The position numbers were made by a program, and so were the translations under genes. DNA of 32,000 nt. Origin: Chlamydiales bacterium (GTDB lineage Bacteria > Chlamydiota > Chlamydiia > Chlamydiales > SM23-39). This document shows, one piece after another, positions 1-9,326 of this stretch (positions are counted from its first letter, which is position 1; each line of letters starts with the position of its first letter). The notes under the pieces were generated by a model, which was not told the DNA's origin, did not search any database, and was given only the letters and a program-made list of their open reading frames with translations. Where the stretch lies: positions 720,001-752,000 of the forward strand of contig OZ253438.1 in the NCBI GenBank assembly GCA_965261025.1, read 5' to 3'.

Positions 1-323
1 TCAAAGAAGAAAACCCAGGAGTTTGGACAGAAGCTTTTCAAAATCATATTGTAGAAAAAATTGATCAAGCTGTAGAACTAGAAATTCTCTATGCCCAAGA
101 CTGTTTGCCTAAGGGAATTCTGGGACTTACTTCTGCTATGTTCCGAGAGTATGTGCAATATATTGCCGATCGTAGATTGGAAAGAATAGGGTTAAAGGCT
201 CGCTACTTCTCTAAAAATCCTTTTCCTTGGATGAGTGAGACCATAGATCTAAATAAAGAAAAAAACTTTTTTGAAACCAGAGTTACTGAATATCAATCAG
301 CATCTACTCTGGACTGGAACTAA
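1..323 (+). CDS. nrdB: Ribonucleotide reductase class I beta (R2) subunit, C-terminal fragment; 5' end lies outside the window
   Basis: Frame 3 is open from the window edge to TAA at 321-323. The translation ([42 protein letters not shown]...[16 protein letters not shown]...[11 protein letters not shown]) matches the conserved C-terminal part of R2 proteins. The TTG at 105 in the ORF track is internal. Confidence 0.85.
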   Translation, partial: KEENPGVWTEAFQNHIVEKIDQAVELEILYAQDCLPKGILGLTSAMFREYVQYIADRRLERIGLKARYFSKNPFPWMSETIDLNKEKNFFETRVTEYQSASTLDWN

Positions 324-326
324 AAA

Positions 327-617
327 ATGGTACGCAACCTGAAAAAAGATCCCGAGGAGTTTTATGCAAAGAAGTATACCCGCGACTTTTCCTCTTCTAA
401 CGAGCTCTTACGTAAGGAGTTAGACGTGTTAGAGCAGGAGAAAAACTTGCTTTACCAAAGGATAGCAACTATTAAGGAAACGCTTTCTACTTTAGAGATT
501 CATGATCCAGAATATGATTTTATACACTCTCAAATCCAAAGAGATGAAATAGAGCTTGATGAGATTGAAAAGAGAAAAGAGTTTCTTGTAACCCAGTTAA
601 AAAAACTAAATCCATAA
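327..617 (+). CDS. Hypothetical small coiled-coil protein (96 aa)
   Basis: ATG lies 3 nt after the nrdB stop and the stop lies 3 nt before the next ATG, so it is packed in an operon. The sequence is E/K/L-rich and heptad-like (LRKELDVLEQEKNLLYQRIATIKETL). No family recognised. Confidence 0.5.
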   Translation: MVRNLKKDPEEFYAKKYTRDFSSSNELLRKELDVLEQEKNLLYQRIATIKETLSTLEIHDPEYDFIHSQIQRDEIELDEIEKRKEFLVTQLKKLNP

Positions 618-620
618 AGT

Positions 621-3554
621 ATGTCCCCTTTGAATAAAATAGGCTCCTCTTATAAGGGCTTCGTTCTTTCTAAAAAACTGTTTTTAGAAGAGATAGAAGC
701 CACTCTTTTCGAACTGGTTCATACACAAACAGGAGCTACTGTACTGCATCTTTGCTGTGAAGATGAAGAGAACGCCTTTTGTTTTGCTCTTCCTACCTAC
801 CCTAGCTCTTCCAACGGCGCCCCTCATATCTTGGAGCACATTGTTCTTTGTGGTTCTAAAAAATATCCTGTCAAAGATCCTTTTTTTGCTATGACAAGAA
901 GGAGTGTAGCTACTTTTATGAACGCGATGACGGGGCCTGATTTTACCCTTTACTTAGCAAGCTCCCAAGTAGAAAAGGACTTTTTTCATCTCATGCAAGT
1001 CTATTTAGATGCGGTATTTTTTCCCGAACTAAAAAAGATGAGTTTTTTACAGGAAGGACATAGACTTGAGCTAAAAGATCCTAAGGACATGAATTCCCCT
1101 CTTATTTTCCAGGGAGTTGTCTTCAATGAGATGAAAGGTTCTATGGGCTCTTCTGATTCTAGATTATTTCACCACCTCTTAGAAAATCTTTTTCCCGATC
1201 TCCCTTACGCCTATAACTCAGGAGGAGATCCTGCAGAAATCCCTCTTCTAAGCTACCAAGAGCTGTTGGAATTTCATAAAACCTTTTACCAGCCCTCTCA
1301 CTGCCTTTTCTACTTCTATGGCAATATTGCTCTGGAAAAGCATCTTGATTTTCTCCAAGAAAACCTGCTGAGTAAAAAGGAAAAAAGTAATTATCTTGCC
1401 CCTTTCCCTTTACAACCAAGATTTACCTCCCCTGTTTTTGTAGAAAAACCCTATCCCATCTCAAAGGAGCAAAAAAAAGAACCTCATACAATAGTTTCCT
1501 TTTCCTGGTTAACTTCCCCCTTAAACGAACAAAAAGAGATTTTAGCTCTTTCTCTTTTAGATACTATTTTAATGGAGCATGATGCTTCCTTGCTAAAAAA
1601 AGAGCTTTTAAAAGCAAATTTAGCAGGAGAGTTCTATGCTTTTTTAGATACCGAACTGAGTGAAGTTCCTTGGATTCTTATAGCTAAGGGAGTAGAAAAG
1701 AAAAAGGTAGAAAAGTTGCGCCTGCTTATTTTCGAAACACTCGAAAAAATAGCCTCTTCTTCTATTGCCAAGGAAAGAGTAGAAGCGGCTATGCATCAAA
1801 TGGAATTTTCCCGATTAGAAATCTCAGGGGGAGGTCTTCCTTACGGTCTTTCCCTTTTTATGAGAGCAGGCCTTTTAAAAATGCAAGGCTCCAAAGCAGA
1901 AGAGGCTTTAAAAATTCATACTTTATTGCAAGCGCTAGAAAAAGACCTAAAAGACCCTCTATATCTACCTTCTTTAATCGAAAAGTATTGGATCATGAAC
2001 CCTCATTTTGTTCAGTTAACCTTGACAGGAGAAGAAACTCTTTTGAAAAAAGAGGAAGAGGAAGAAAAAAGAGTTTTAGAAAAATTACAACAGGATCTTA
2101 CCAAAGCGCAAAAACAGAAAATCCTTTCTCAGATGGAAGAGTTAAAGAGTTATCAAGAAAAGCAAGATAGACAAGATGTAAATCTTCTTCCTTTTATCTC
2201 TTTAGAAGATCTTCCCCGAGAACCAAAAAACTTTTGCTTACAGCAGGAAGAAATTCTTTATTTTCATGACAGCTTTACCAATCACATCACTTATGTAGAT
2301 ATAGTTTTTGCTCTTCCCGATCTTTCAGAAAAAGAGCTTACCTACCTCCCTTTTTTTCTTTTCCTCTTGGGAAACTTAGGCTCGTGTAAAAAGGGCTATG
2401 AAAAACTCTTACAGGAAAAAGAGCGTTATACAGGAGGGGTCTATAGCTATCTATCCTTGAATAAACAAGCGACAGACGTTTTTTCCTTTATCCCTACCTT
2501 TACTTTGAGAGGAAAAGCCTTAGACAAATATGCTCCCCTTCTTTTCTCTCTTCTAAAAGAAATTCTTTTTGAAACCATTTTTACCGAAAAAGAAAGAATC
2601 CAAGAACTTCTTCTACAGGAAAAAACCTATCTAGAAAGCCAGCTAGCTAAAAATGCGATGAACTATGCTTCCTCTCTTGCTGCTTCTTCTCTTTCCAAGG
2701 CAGATTTTTTGCAAGATCTTTGGTATGGCTATGGATTTTTGCAAACGATTCGATCTATCTTTGCCAAAGAAAAAGAACTCGAAAGCCTTCTTCCCCTCTT
2801 GCAAAACCTTTATAAGAAGATTTTCCTCGATGCTCCTTTTGAGATTGTTATAGCAGCAGAAGAAAAAACCTTTTTTTCTTTAAAAAAAGACGTCCTGGAA
2901 GGATTTGTACAAAGACCCTCCCCTTTCCCAGAAAAAAAATGGGAAGGAAAAAGGACTTCCCCTACAAAAAGGGAAGCCTATACCTTTGCTGTCCCTGTCT
3001 GCTTTACAGCAAGCGCTTTTCTCTTAGCAAAATATACCGAAGAAGAAGCTCCTTGCTTATGCGTTATAGCAGAGCTTTTACAAAATCTTTTTCTCCATCC
3101 AGAAATTCGAGAAAAAGGGGGAGCCTATGGGGGAGGAGCTACCTTTGATCCTCTGTCAGGAAAGTTCTCTTTTTACGCCTACCGAGATCCTCACTTAGCA
3201 AAAACTCTTTTCGCCTTTGAAAACTCGGTAAAAAATCTCGCAAAAGGATCTTTTACCAAAGAAGAGATTTTGGAAGCGAAATTGGGCCTTTTTCAAAGTT
3301 TAGACTCTCCTGTTTTGCCCAAAGATAGAGCGCAGGTAGCTTTCTTTTATAAAAAAAAGGGAAAAAGCTTCGAAGCTAGATCTATATTTCGGCAAAGACT
3401 TGCTTCTTTAGAAAAAAAGGATATCTTAAGAGTGTTGGAAGAAAGACTTATTCCTAATATGAAAAATTTTCATACAGTAACATTTACTTCTGAAACTCTT
3501 TTGGAAAAAGAAAAAATGGGTATGAAGGAACCTTTTTCTTCAAAGAGGGCCTAA
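621..3554 (+). CDS. M16-family zinc metallopeptidase (pitrilysin/PreP-like, about 977 aa)
   Basis: Inverted zinc-binding motif HxxEH is present as HILEH (APHILEHIVLCGSKKYP). The four-domain length is typical of M16C enzymes, and the 977-aa ORF is uninterrupted. Confidence 0.9.
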   Translation: MSPLNKIGSSYKGFVLSKKLFLEEIEATLFELVHTQTGATVLHLCCEDEENAFCFALPTYPSSSNGAPHILEHIVLCGSKKYPVKDPFFAMTRRSVATFMNAMTGPDFTLYLASSQVEKDFFHLMQVYLDAVFFPELKKMSFLQEGHRLELKDPKDMNSPLIFQGVVFNEMKGSMGSSDSRLFHHLLENLFPDLPYAYNSGGDPAEIPLLSYQELLEFHKTFYQPSHCLFYFYGNIALEKHLDFLQENLLSKKEKSNYLAPFPLQPRFTSPVFVEKPYPISKEQKKEPHTIVSFSWLTSPLNEQKEILALSLLDTILMEHDASLLKKELLKANLAGEFYAFLDTELSEVPWILIAKGVEKKKVEKLRLLIFETLEKIASSSIAKERVEAAMHQMEFSRLEISGGGLPYGLSLFMRAGLLKMQGSKAEEALKIHTLLQALEKDLKDPLYLPSLIEKYWIMNPHFVQLTLTGEETLLKKEEEEEKRVLEKLQQDLTKAQKQKILSQMEELKSYQEKQDRQDVNLLPFISLEDLPREPKNFCLQQEEILYFHDSFTNHITYVDIVFALPDLSEKELTYLPFFLFLLGNLGSCKKGYEKLLQEKERYTGGVYSYLSLNKQATDVFSFIPTFTLRGKALDKYAPLLFSLLKEILFETIFTEKERIQELLLQEKTYLESQLAKNAMNYASSLAASSLSKADFLQDLWYGYGFLQTIRSIFAKEKELESLLPLLQNLYKKIFLDAPFEIVIAAEEKTFFSLKKDVLEGFVQRPSPFPEKKWEGKRTSPTKREAYTFAVPVCFTASAFLLAKYTEEEAPCLCVIAELLQNLFLHPEIREKGGAYGGGATFDPLSGKFSFYAYRDPHLAKTLFAFENSVKNLAKGSFTKEEILEAKLGLFQSLDSPVLPKDRAQVAFFYKKKGKSFEARSIFRQRLASLEKKDILRVLEERLIPNMKNFHTVTFTSETLLEKEKMGMKEPFSSKRA

Positions 3555-3601
3555 AAAAATTTCCTTCTACAGACAAGATCTAGCTAGGAGATAGGAGTTA
3601 A

Positions 3602-3664
3602 ATGGAGAAAGTGTTTGTTGGTTACTCTTGTTTTCTTTACAATCCTGGTTCAGGAAAATGGTAG
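3602..3664 (+). CDS. Candidate 20-codon upstream ORF / leader peptide (MEKVFVGYSCFLYNPGSGKW)
   Basis: A tandem Shine-Dalgarno GGAGATAGGAG (3587-3597) sits 4 nt before ATG 3602. The TAG stop at 3662-3664 lies 6 nt before the htrA ATG at 3671. It is very short, so it could be chance. Confidence 0.2.
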   Translation: MEKVFVGYSCFLYNPGSGKW

Positions 3665-3670
3665 GTGGTT

Positions 3671-5212
3671 ATGTCTAGTATAAAGAAAATAATTTTTCTC
3701 CTTTCTTTCTCTCTTATTGCAAGCCCTTTATTCTCTCTCAGCTTCAAAAGCTCTCCCGGACTCGAATATTTAGAACAAACCTCAAAGGCTTTTACAGAGA
3801 TTGGGAAAAAAGCCTCTTCTTCTTCCGTGTTCATCAAAGCCAGACAAAAAACCCAAAATCGCTTTCAAGGCTATAACTATCCTCCTAGAAATTTTGATCC
3901 CTTTGACGATAGCCCTTTGGAAGAGTTTTTTGACCATTTTCCTAGATTTCCCTTTTTTGGACAGTATAACTCTGTTCCTTTTTCTAAGCATTTCAACCCT
4001 TTTTTTACCCTTCCTCTCTCCATTGCTTTTCCTCTAACAGAGAAATTACAAGCGGAAGAGACCGTAGGAGGTGGCTCTGGACTAGTTGTTTCTGAAGATG
4101 GCTATATTCTCACGAACTATCATGTGATTAAGGATGCTGACTCTATTGCTGTTCTTTTCAACAATGGCAAAGAATATAAAGCCAAGGTAGTGGGAACTGA
4201 CCATAGAACAGACCTTGCCGTACTAAAAATTGAAAAAAAAGGTCTTTCTTACTTGAAGTTTGCTGATTCAAGCCAGCTAGAAAAGGGAGAATGGGTTATT
4301 GCTATAGGAAATCCTTTTGGCCTGGAGTCTTCTTTAACAGTAGGGGTAGTAAGCGCAATAGGAAGACAAGATCTAGGAATTGCTGCCTTAGAGGACTACA
4401 TCCAAACGGATGCCGCTATCAATCCAGGAAATTCCGGTGGGCCTCTTTTAAACCTAAATGGAAACGTTATTGGCATTAATACGGCTAAGGTAAGAGGAGG
4501 CATGGGGATAGGCTTTGCCATTCCTAGTAATCTAGCTAAGCGCATTTTTGATCAAATTGTGGAAACAGGCACAGTAAAAAGGGTCTATCTAGGGGTAATT
4601 TTGCAGGAAGTAGACCCAGAGCTTGCTCACGCTATGGATTTGGAAGAAACATCAGGAGTTTTAATCGCAGAAGTAGTTCCTAACTCTCCTGCTGAAAAAG
4701 GAGGATTAAAGCAAGGAGATATCGTTCTTGCTTTAGATGGCCAACCGGTAAAAAGTATGACCAAGCTAAGAAACCAGATTTCTTTAATGGAGCCTGATGC
4801 AAAGATAACTTTAAAAATTCTTAGAGGAAAGAAGTCTTTGAACCTTCCGATCCAGTTAGGTACTCTAACCGAGTCCGAGGTAGCCTCTGCAGAGCTTTCA
4901 GAAAAGCTGGGTATGACCGTAGAAAATCTACAAGATCTACCATCAGATGTACTACACAAGCTAGGGCCTTTAGCCAAACAAGAAGGAGTAATTATTACCA
5001 AAGTAAGGCCTGGCTCTCCCTCTGCTTTATCAGGTCTTAGGCCTTATTTTCTGATTACCAGTGTAGTCACCCAAGATAACGAGCACAAAAAAATTACTAA
5101 TACAAAAGACTTCAACGATGCTTTAAAAGGGCTTGGAGATAAAAAGTATCTCGTCGTGATTGTAAGACACCAAAACTATCAGAAATATTACACCATAAAG
5201 CTGCAAGATTAA
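3671..5212 (+). CDS. htrA: Periplasmic serine endoprotease/chaperone HtrA (DegP family)
   Basis: Signal-peptide-like N-terminus (MSSIKKIIFLLSFSLIASPLFS). Catalytic triad contexts are NYHVI, DLAVLKI and GNSGGPL, followed by two C-terminal PDZ-like regions. I chose ATG 3671; the in-frame GTG at 3665 (ORF-track start) is also possible. Confidence 0.92.
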   Translation: MSSIKKIIFLLSFSLIASPLFSLSFKSSPGLEYLEQTSKAFTEIGKKASSSSVFIKARQKTQNRFQGYNYPPRNFDPFDDSPLEEFFDHFPRFPFFGQYNSVPFSKHFNPFFTLPLSIAFPLTEKLQAEETVGGGSGLVVSEDGYILTNYHVIKDADSIAVLFNNGKEYKAKVVGTDHRTDLAVLKIEKKGLSYLKFADSSQLEKGEWVIAIGNPFGLESSLTVGVVSAIGRQDLGIAALEDYIQTDAAINPGNSGGPLLNLNGNVIGINTAKVRGGMGIGFAIPSNLAKRIFDQIVETGTVKRVYLGVILQEVDPELAHAMDLEETSGVLIAEVVPNSPAEKGGLKQGDIVLALDGQPVKSMTKLRNQISLMEPDAKITLKILRGKKSLNLPIQLGTLTESEVASAELSEKLGMTVENLQDLPSDVLHKLGPLAKQEGVIITKVRPGSPSALSGLRPYFLITSVVTQDNEHKKITNTKDFNDALKGLGDKKYLVVIVRHQNYQKYYTIKLQD

Positions 5213-5219
5213 GAAAATA

Positions 5220-5261
5220 AGCCTTCAAAATAAGCGCTTCCTGCTTCTTCTTCTGAAGGCT
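5220..5261. terminator. Inverted repeat between convergent genes (possible bidirectional terminator)
   Basis: AGCCTTCA (5220-5227) pairs with TGAAGGCT (5254-5261). The 26-nt loop contains the palindrome AAGCGCTT. It lies between the htrA stop (5212) and the stop of the minus-strand ORF (5270). The large loop makes it weak. Confidence 0.25.
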
Positions 5262-5269
5262 CTTATAAT

Positions 5270-5785
5270 CTATTCTCCTTCTGCTTTTCCAATAAACTTC
5301 GCCTTGTATTCTTGATAAGCTTCTCCTTGCTTTAGCGCTTTTTCCATTTCTTCCATAAGGCGTTTTTTCTCTGTAGAAAAGCCTGATACTTCAAAGAAGA
5401 TCTCCGCTACTAATCTTACTATTTTTCCTATGAAAGAAAACCCCCCTTTAGAAGGCATATTTTTTGCCACATCAAAAACTCGATAAGAGATCGATTTTTG
5501 GGAGTTTTCTACTCTTTTAAAGAGAGTAGCTGTATTCGTAAGCCATTGAAAAACCTCTTGGGAGTTTGTAACGGAAAAGCCATCCTGAGTTTGAAGCTCA
5601 TAAGCCATTGAATAGTTATAACTAGACGGCAAATACCCAGAAGCCTTTTGATGATCTTGCACTATGCTATCTCTATCTTCGCGGAAGATTCCCTCAGAAG
5701 GATCTTCACCTAGTTCACAAAAATTTTCCTGCAATAAACTTATATGGGCCAATACCCTCTTAATATGTATAGAATCTACACTCAT
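5270..5785 (-). CDS. Hypothetical 171-aa protein; size and N-terminal helix are compatible with a class I type III secretion chaperone, but this is unproven
   Basis: ATG at 5785 is preceded by AAAAAGGAGATAGA (GGAG, 5-nt spacer). The ORF-track TTG start at 5836 would read through this SD. No motif recognised. It follows a roughly 440-bp extremely AT-rich upstream region. Confidence 0.6.
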   Translation of the reverse strand: MSVDSIHIKRVLAHISLLQENFCELGEDPSEGIFREDRDSIVQDHQKASGYLPSSYNYSMAYELQTQDGFSVTNSQEVFQWLTNTATLFKRVENSQKSISYRVFDVAKNMPSKGGFSFIGKIVRLVAEIFFEVSGFSTEKKRLMEEMEKALKQGEAYQEYKAKFIGKAEGE

Positions 5786-6143
5786 TCTATCTCCTTTTTC
5801 TTGTAAAAGATTCGAAATAAATTTTAACAAATTCAAAGAAATAAAAAAAGAATATAATCAAAAAAATACTATTTTATTACTATTTTTAAAAAAACTATAA
5901 AAAACTAATATTTTCTTTATATTTTTAAAAATTTTATTTGCTATTGTATTTTTATCTCTCTCTAAAGAACATCTCTAAAAAAAGAGATAACTTATTGAAA
6001 ATGAAAGGAATATAGATTTTTAGGAAGAAGTTATACTCTCTTTACAAAAAGAGGCGATCTTTTTTAGACACTATAATCTTCAAAATAGCCTTTTAATCCT
6101 TCGAACTCTAAAAAGAGATGGATCTACTAGCTGGAAAGGAAAG

Positions 6144-6161
6144 GCCCCCTAAAAAGGGGGC
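6144..6161 (-). terminator. GC-rich hairpin, probable intrinsic terminator of the 6228-7163 gene
   Basis: The minus strand reads GCCCCCT-TTTT-AGGGGGC (7-bp stem, 4-nt loop) followed by CTTTCCTTTCC, 67 nt downstream of the stop at 6228. Confidence 0.5.
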
Positions 6162-6227
6162 GTAACCTCTTTATACTTAAAAGACAAGAAAAACCCAGAG
6201 AGATCTATCCTCTCTTCAGAAAAAGGC

Positions 6228-7163
6228 CTAGTTAATTGTAGATCGATCATATCGGATTTTCAGAGAAAAACCCTCAAGAGCCTTAACTTTTGACACTTGC
6301 TCTCCAGGATTACCCGTAGCTGGAGAAAACAAGGATACGATCTCGGTTAGAGATTCTTGTGGATTAAAACTTCCTTCATCAAACCGGTATTTAGAAAAGA
6401 GATGAAATAAAACCCAGCAAATAGCAAAAACGCTTGCCACCAGTCCGGCTACTTTTAAGGCAGAGCTAGCCGCTAAAGAGCCTAAAAAAACAGCACTAGC
6501 GCCGAAGAATATCACAGCACAACTTTTCAGCAGATGTCCTTGGTACTCTAATCGCTCTTTAATTGCCCTTTGATAATAAACTAAATCTCTAGATACAGAC
6601 CCTACCCAATCCTGAATCTTCTGCAATTCTCCTGATGGACAGAACTCAAGTTTCCCTTGTTTCTGTAAGGTGACCTCAAAAGCACCCTGTTCTGGATTGA
6701 AAAAATCCCTCGCCGCTGTAGGTCCTGATTCAACTTTTTCAAAAAAACGAACCTTCGTTTTATAATCTCCTCCCTGAAGAGCGGCCAAAAGAGAATCTAT
6801 CTTAGACTCTAACTCCTTGTAGTATCCAAAACTTCTATGGTAATTCCATCCCCCAAAGAGGGTGGCTGCCACCATAGCAAGAGCGGCATGAAAAGCATCA
6901 CTGCGATCTTGCTTCTCCTTTCTTTCTTCTTTACCTGAGGAAGAGCTATTCACATTAATCTGTACGTTCTGGTCTCTTCTTCCTAAAAAAGAAAGAGCTA
7001 GAAGGGAAGGAAGATTATCAAAAAGACCTCTGCGAAAACTAGAGCTCTCCCCTTGGGAATTTGAAGCAGACTCATCAGGATTTGGTAGCTCGCCTAATCT
7101 TTTGGCGACATCCTCTAAATTTATGAGTCTTGTATTAGATGAATCAACAAAACATGGCTGCAT
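6228..7163 (-). CDS. Hypothetical membrane protein with a bilobed hydrophobic domain (Inc-like, candidate type III secreted inclusion-membrane protein)
   Basis: GGAG lies 8 nt upstream of the ATG. The N-terminus is Ser/Asn-rich, unstructured and has no Sec signal. Two adjacent TM segments are separated by a 2-residue turn (SCAVIFFGASAVFLGSLAASSA-LK-VAGLVASVFAICWVLFHLF), which is the hallmark of chlamydial Inc proteins. Confidence 0.6.
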   Translation of the reverse strand: MQPCFVDSSNTRLINLEDVAKRLGELPNPDESASNSQGESSSFRRGLFDNLPSLLALSFLGRRDQNVQINVNSSSSGKEERKEKQDRSDAFHAALAMVAATLFGGWNYHRSFGYYKELESKIDSLLAALQGGDYKTKVRFFEKVESGPTAARDFFNPEQGAFEVTLQKQGKLEFCPSGELQKIQDWVGSVSRDLVYYQRAIKERLEYQGHLLKSCAVIFFGASAVFLGSLAASSALKVAGLVASVFAICWVLFHLFSKYRFDEGSFNPQESLTEIVSLFSPATGNPGEQVSKVKALEGFSLKIRYDRSTIN

Positions 7164-7297
7164 ATCCCTTTCTCCTTTTTAAAAAACTGGAGGAACTTTA
7201 CAACAAAAGGAGAAAAAAAAGAACCTATTTTTATTTTACACAAATCCTTTGTATTAAATACATTGCCTTATTTTTGGCTAAAACTACCCAGATTTTT

Positions 7298-8446
7298 TCA
7301 GGAATGCAGGTTTTTTATCTGTTTTAAAAATGTTTCTTGTTTTTTCACTGCAGAAAAAGCTTCTTCTTGAAGCAGCTTTTCTACGTCAAAGTGATGATGA
7401 CTCCAAGCCCTTTGAAGCCACCCAGCAGAAGGAAGGGCTTTTTCGAGTCTAGCAAAGGCCCTAGCATTTCTGAGAGCTACTTCTTGAGTGGGAGAAAATT
7501 CATAGCACGAAGAAGAAAGCTCCGCCACAAGAGCGTCATTTTTTTCCTCCTCGGCTAAAAAATGTAAAAGGGAAAGTGCTTCTTGCCCTACTTGTTCTTT
7601 AGAAGAGAGTAAAAGCTCATAGGCTTCCTTTTTTTTCCCTTCTTCAAAGTATAAAAAGGCCAAATACTGGGTTGCTGTATAGAAAAGCATTCCTTCCTTA
7701 GCTTCTCCTCTGAGCTCTTCTAAAAGAAGTTTTGCCTTCTCTTTTTCCTTTCCTTGAAGCGCTTTTTCTGCTTGTAGTAACTTTTCTTTCAAGTGGCTAT
7801 CTTGATCTTGAGAAGAGAAAAACTTTGCCTTCCGAAAATGGTCAAAACTTTGAAAAGCAAAAAGAAAGAAAAGAACGCCTAAGATAAGATTTTGGTATAA
7901 AAAAGCAAAAAGAGCTATCCCTAGAGAAACAACCATCCCTATCAATAGAGAAACTCTAAACCCTTTAGGACCCCAAATACCTTCCAAAAGAATACGCAAA
8001 AGCTGTCCTCCATCTAAAGGAAGAACCGGAAGGAGATTTAAAATAGTCCAAAAAAGATTCACAAAGACAAAAACACGCAAACTGGAAAAGAGAAGGAGAG
8101 AGCTTTGGAAAAAAGAAAAAGTAGACAAATAAAGAGAGGCTAAAAAGAGAAAAAACCCAAATAAGGGTCCCGCAAATACAATTAAAAACTGTTTTTTATA
8201 ACTTAACCCCCCCAAGGGATAAGAAGTAACGCCTCCAAAAGCCACTAAATCAATCCGGGCTGGTTTTTTAAATAAAGAAGCAGCAAGAGCATGCCCTAAT
8301 TCATGAACTAAAAGGGAAACAAAAATTACGATTACCCAAATTGAGGTTCCTAAAAAACTTTGTGAATTAATAAAACCAATAAAACCCGCTGTAAGCCAAA
8401 ACCAAGGGTGAATAAAAATAGGAATTCTTCCAGGAATCTTTAACAC
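7298..8446 (-). CDS. M50-family site-2 metalloprotease with a C-terminal helical-repeat (TPR-like) domain
   Basis: HExxH is present as HELGH (LLVHELGHALAAS), and a second S2P motif as NLLPVLPLDGG. The N-terminal half is multi-TM. The GTG start lies 1 nt after the sucD TAA, with GGAG 5 nt upstream inside the sucD 3' end. Confidence 0.85.
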   Translation of the reverse strand: MLKIPGRIPIFIHPWFWLTAGFIGFINSQSFLGTSIWVIVIFVSLLVHELGHALAASLFKKPARIDLVAFGGVTSYPLGGLSYKKQFLIVFAGPLFGFFLFLASLYLSTFSFFQSSLLLFSSLRVFVFVNLFWTILNLLPVLPLDGGQLLRILLEGIWGPKGFRVSLLIGMVVSLGIALFAFLYQNLILGVLFFLFAFQSFDHFRKAKFFSSQDQDSHLKEKLLQAEKALQGKEKEKAKLLLEELRGEAKEGMLFYTATQYLAFLYFEEGKKKEAYELLLSSKEQVGQEALSLLHFLAEEEKNDALVAELSSSCYEFSPTQEVALRNARAFARLEKALPSAGWLQRAWSHHHFDVEKLLQEEAFSAVKKQETFLKQIKNLHS

Positions 8447-8447
8447 A

Positions 8448-9326
8448 TTATCTCCTCTGCAAGGCTTGCTGCATCGCGTGTCCCATATGAGCTGGATTTT
8501 TGGTCACTACAACACCTGCTTTTTCCAAGGCTCTTATTTTCTCTTTGGCGCTCCCTTTTCCTTGAGAAATAATAGCCCCCGCATGTCCCATCCTTTTGCC
8601 TTCTGGAGCGCAGCTACCTGCAATAAAAGCCGCTACCGGTTTTTTCCCTTCTTTTTGAATCCACTCTGCTGCCTCTTCTTCTGCATCCCCTCCTATTTCC
8701 CCTATCATTAAAATTCCTTGCGTCTGAGGATCTTTTTCAAATGCTTCGAGCACCTCTATAAATCCCGTTCCGTTTAAAGGATCCCCTCCAATTCCTACAC
8801 AACTAGATTGTCCCAGCCCGAGTTCTGTAGTTTGAAAAACCGCCTCGTAAGTAAGCGTTCCTGATCTAGAAACGACTCCTATATTCCCTTTCTTATGAAT
8901 TTCTGCGGGCATGATTCCTATTTTACATTCTCCTGGGGTTATAATACCGGGACAATTAGGACCAATCAACCGGGATTTTTTTGAACTTCCTATAACCTGC
9001 TTTACTTTTAGCATATCCTTTATAGGAATCCCTTCTGTAATACAGATGATCCATTCTACCCCTGCCTCTTCTGCTTCTAAAATAGCCTCTAAAGCAAAAG
9101 CAGGGGGTACAAAAATAAGAGTAGCTGAAAATACAACTTCTTTTTGGGCTTCTTTTACTGTATCAAAAACAGGGAGATTTAAAACCTTATCCCCCCCTTT
9201 TCCGGGAGTAACTCCCCCTACGATAGAAGTTCCATAAGCAAGGCATTTTTCTGCATGAAATCTTCCAGAAGAACCAGTTAGGCCTTGAACCAACACCTTT
9301 GTCTGTTTATTTACCCAAATGCCCAT
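8448..9326 (-). CDS. sucD: Succinyl-CoA ligase (ADP/GDP-forming) alpha subunit
   Basis: N-terminus [18 protein letters not shown]. Other family blocks are [17 protein letters not shown] and the phosphohistidine loop MGHAGAI. Confidence 0.95.
   Translation of the reverse strand: MGIWVNKQTKVLVQGLTGSSGRFHAEKCLAYGTSIVGGVTPGKGGDKVLNLPVFDTVKEAQKEVVFSATLIFVPPAFALEAILEAEEAGVEWIICITEGIPIKDMLKVKQVIGSSKKSRLIGPNCPGIITPGECKIGIMPAEIHKKGNIGVVSRSGTLTYEAVFQTTELGLGQSSCVGIGGDPLNGTGFIEVLEAFEKDPQTQGILMIGEIGGDAEEEAAEWIQKEGKKPVAAFIAGSCAPEGKRMGHAGAIISQGKGSAKEKIRALEKAGVVVTKNPAHMGHAMQQALQRR

Noticed and set aside
5786-5836. N-terminal extension of the 5270 ORF from a TTG start at 5836 (ORF-track model, 188 aa)
   Set aside because: The extension would translate through the clear AAAGGAG SD that serves ATG 5785, and it uses a rare TTG. 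I prefer the shorter model.
7249-7262. Third occurrence of ATTAAATAC (TTGTATTAAATACA) resembling the paralogue promoter box
   Set aside because: Only 9 of 12 nt are shared and no -10 element lies at the right spacing. It points into the 3' end of a minus-strand gene, so it is probably chance in AT-rich DNA.
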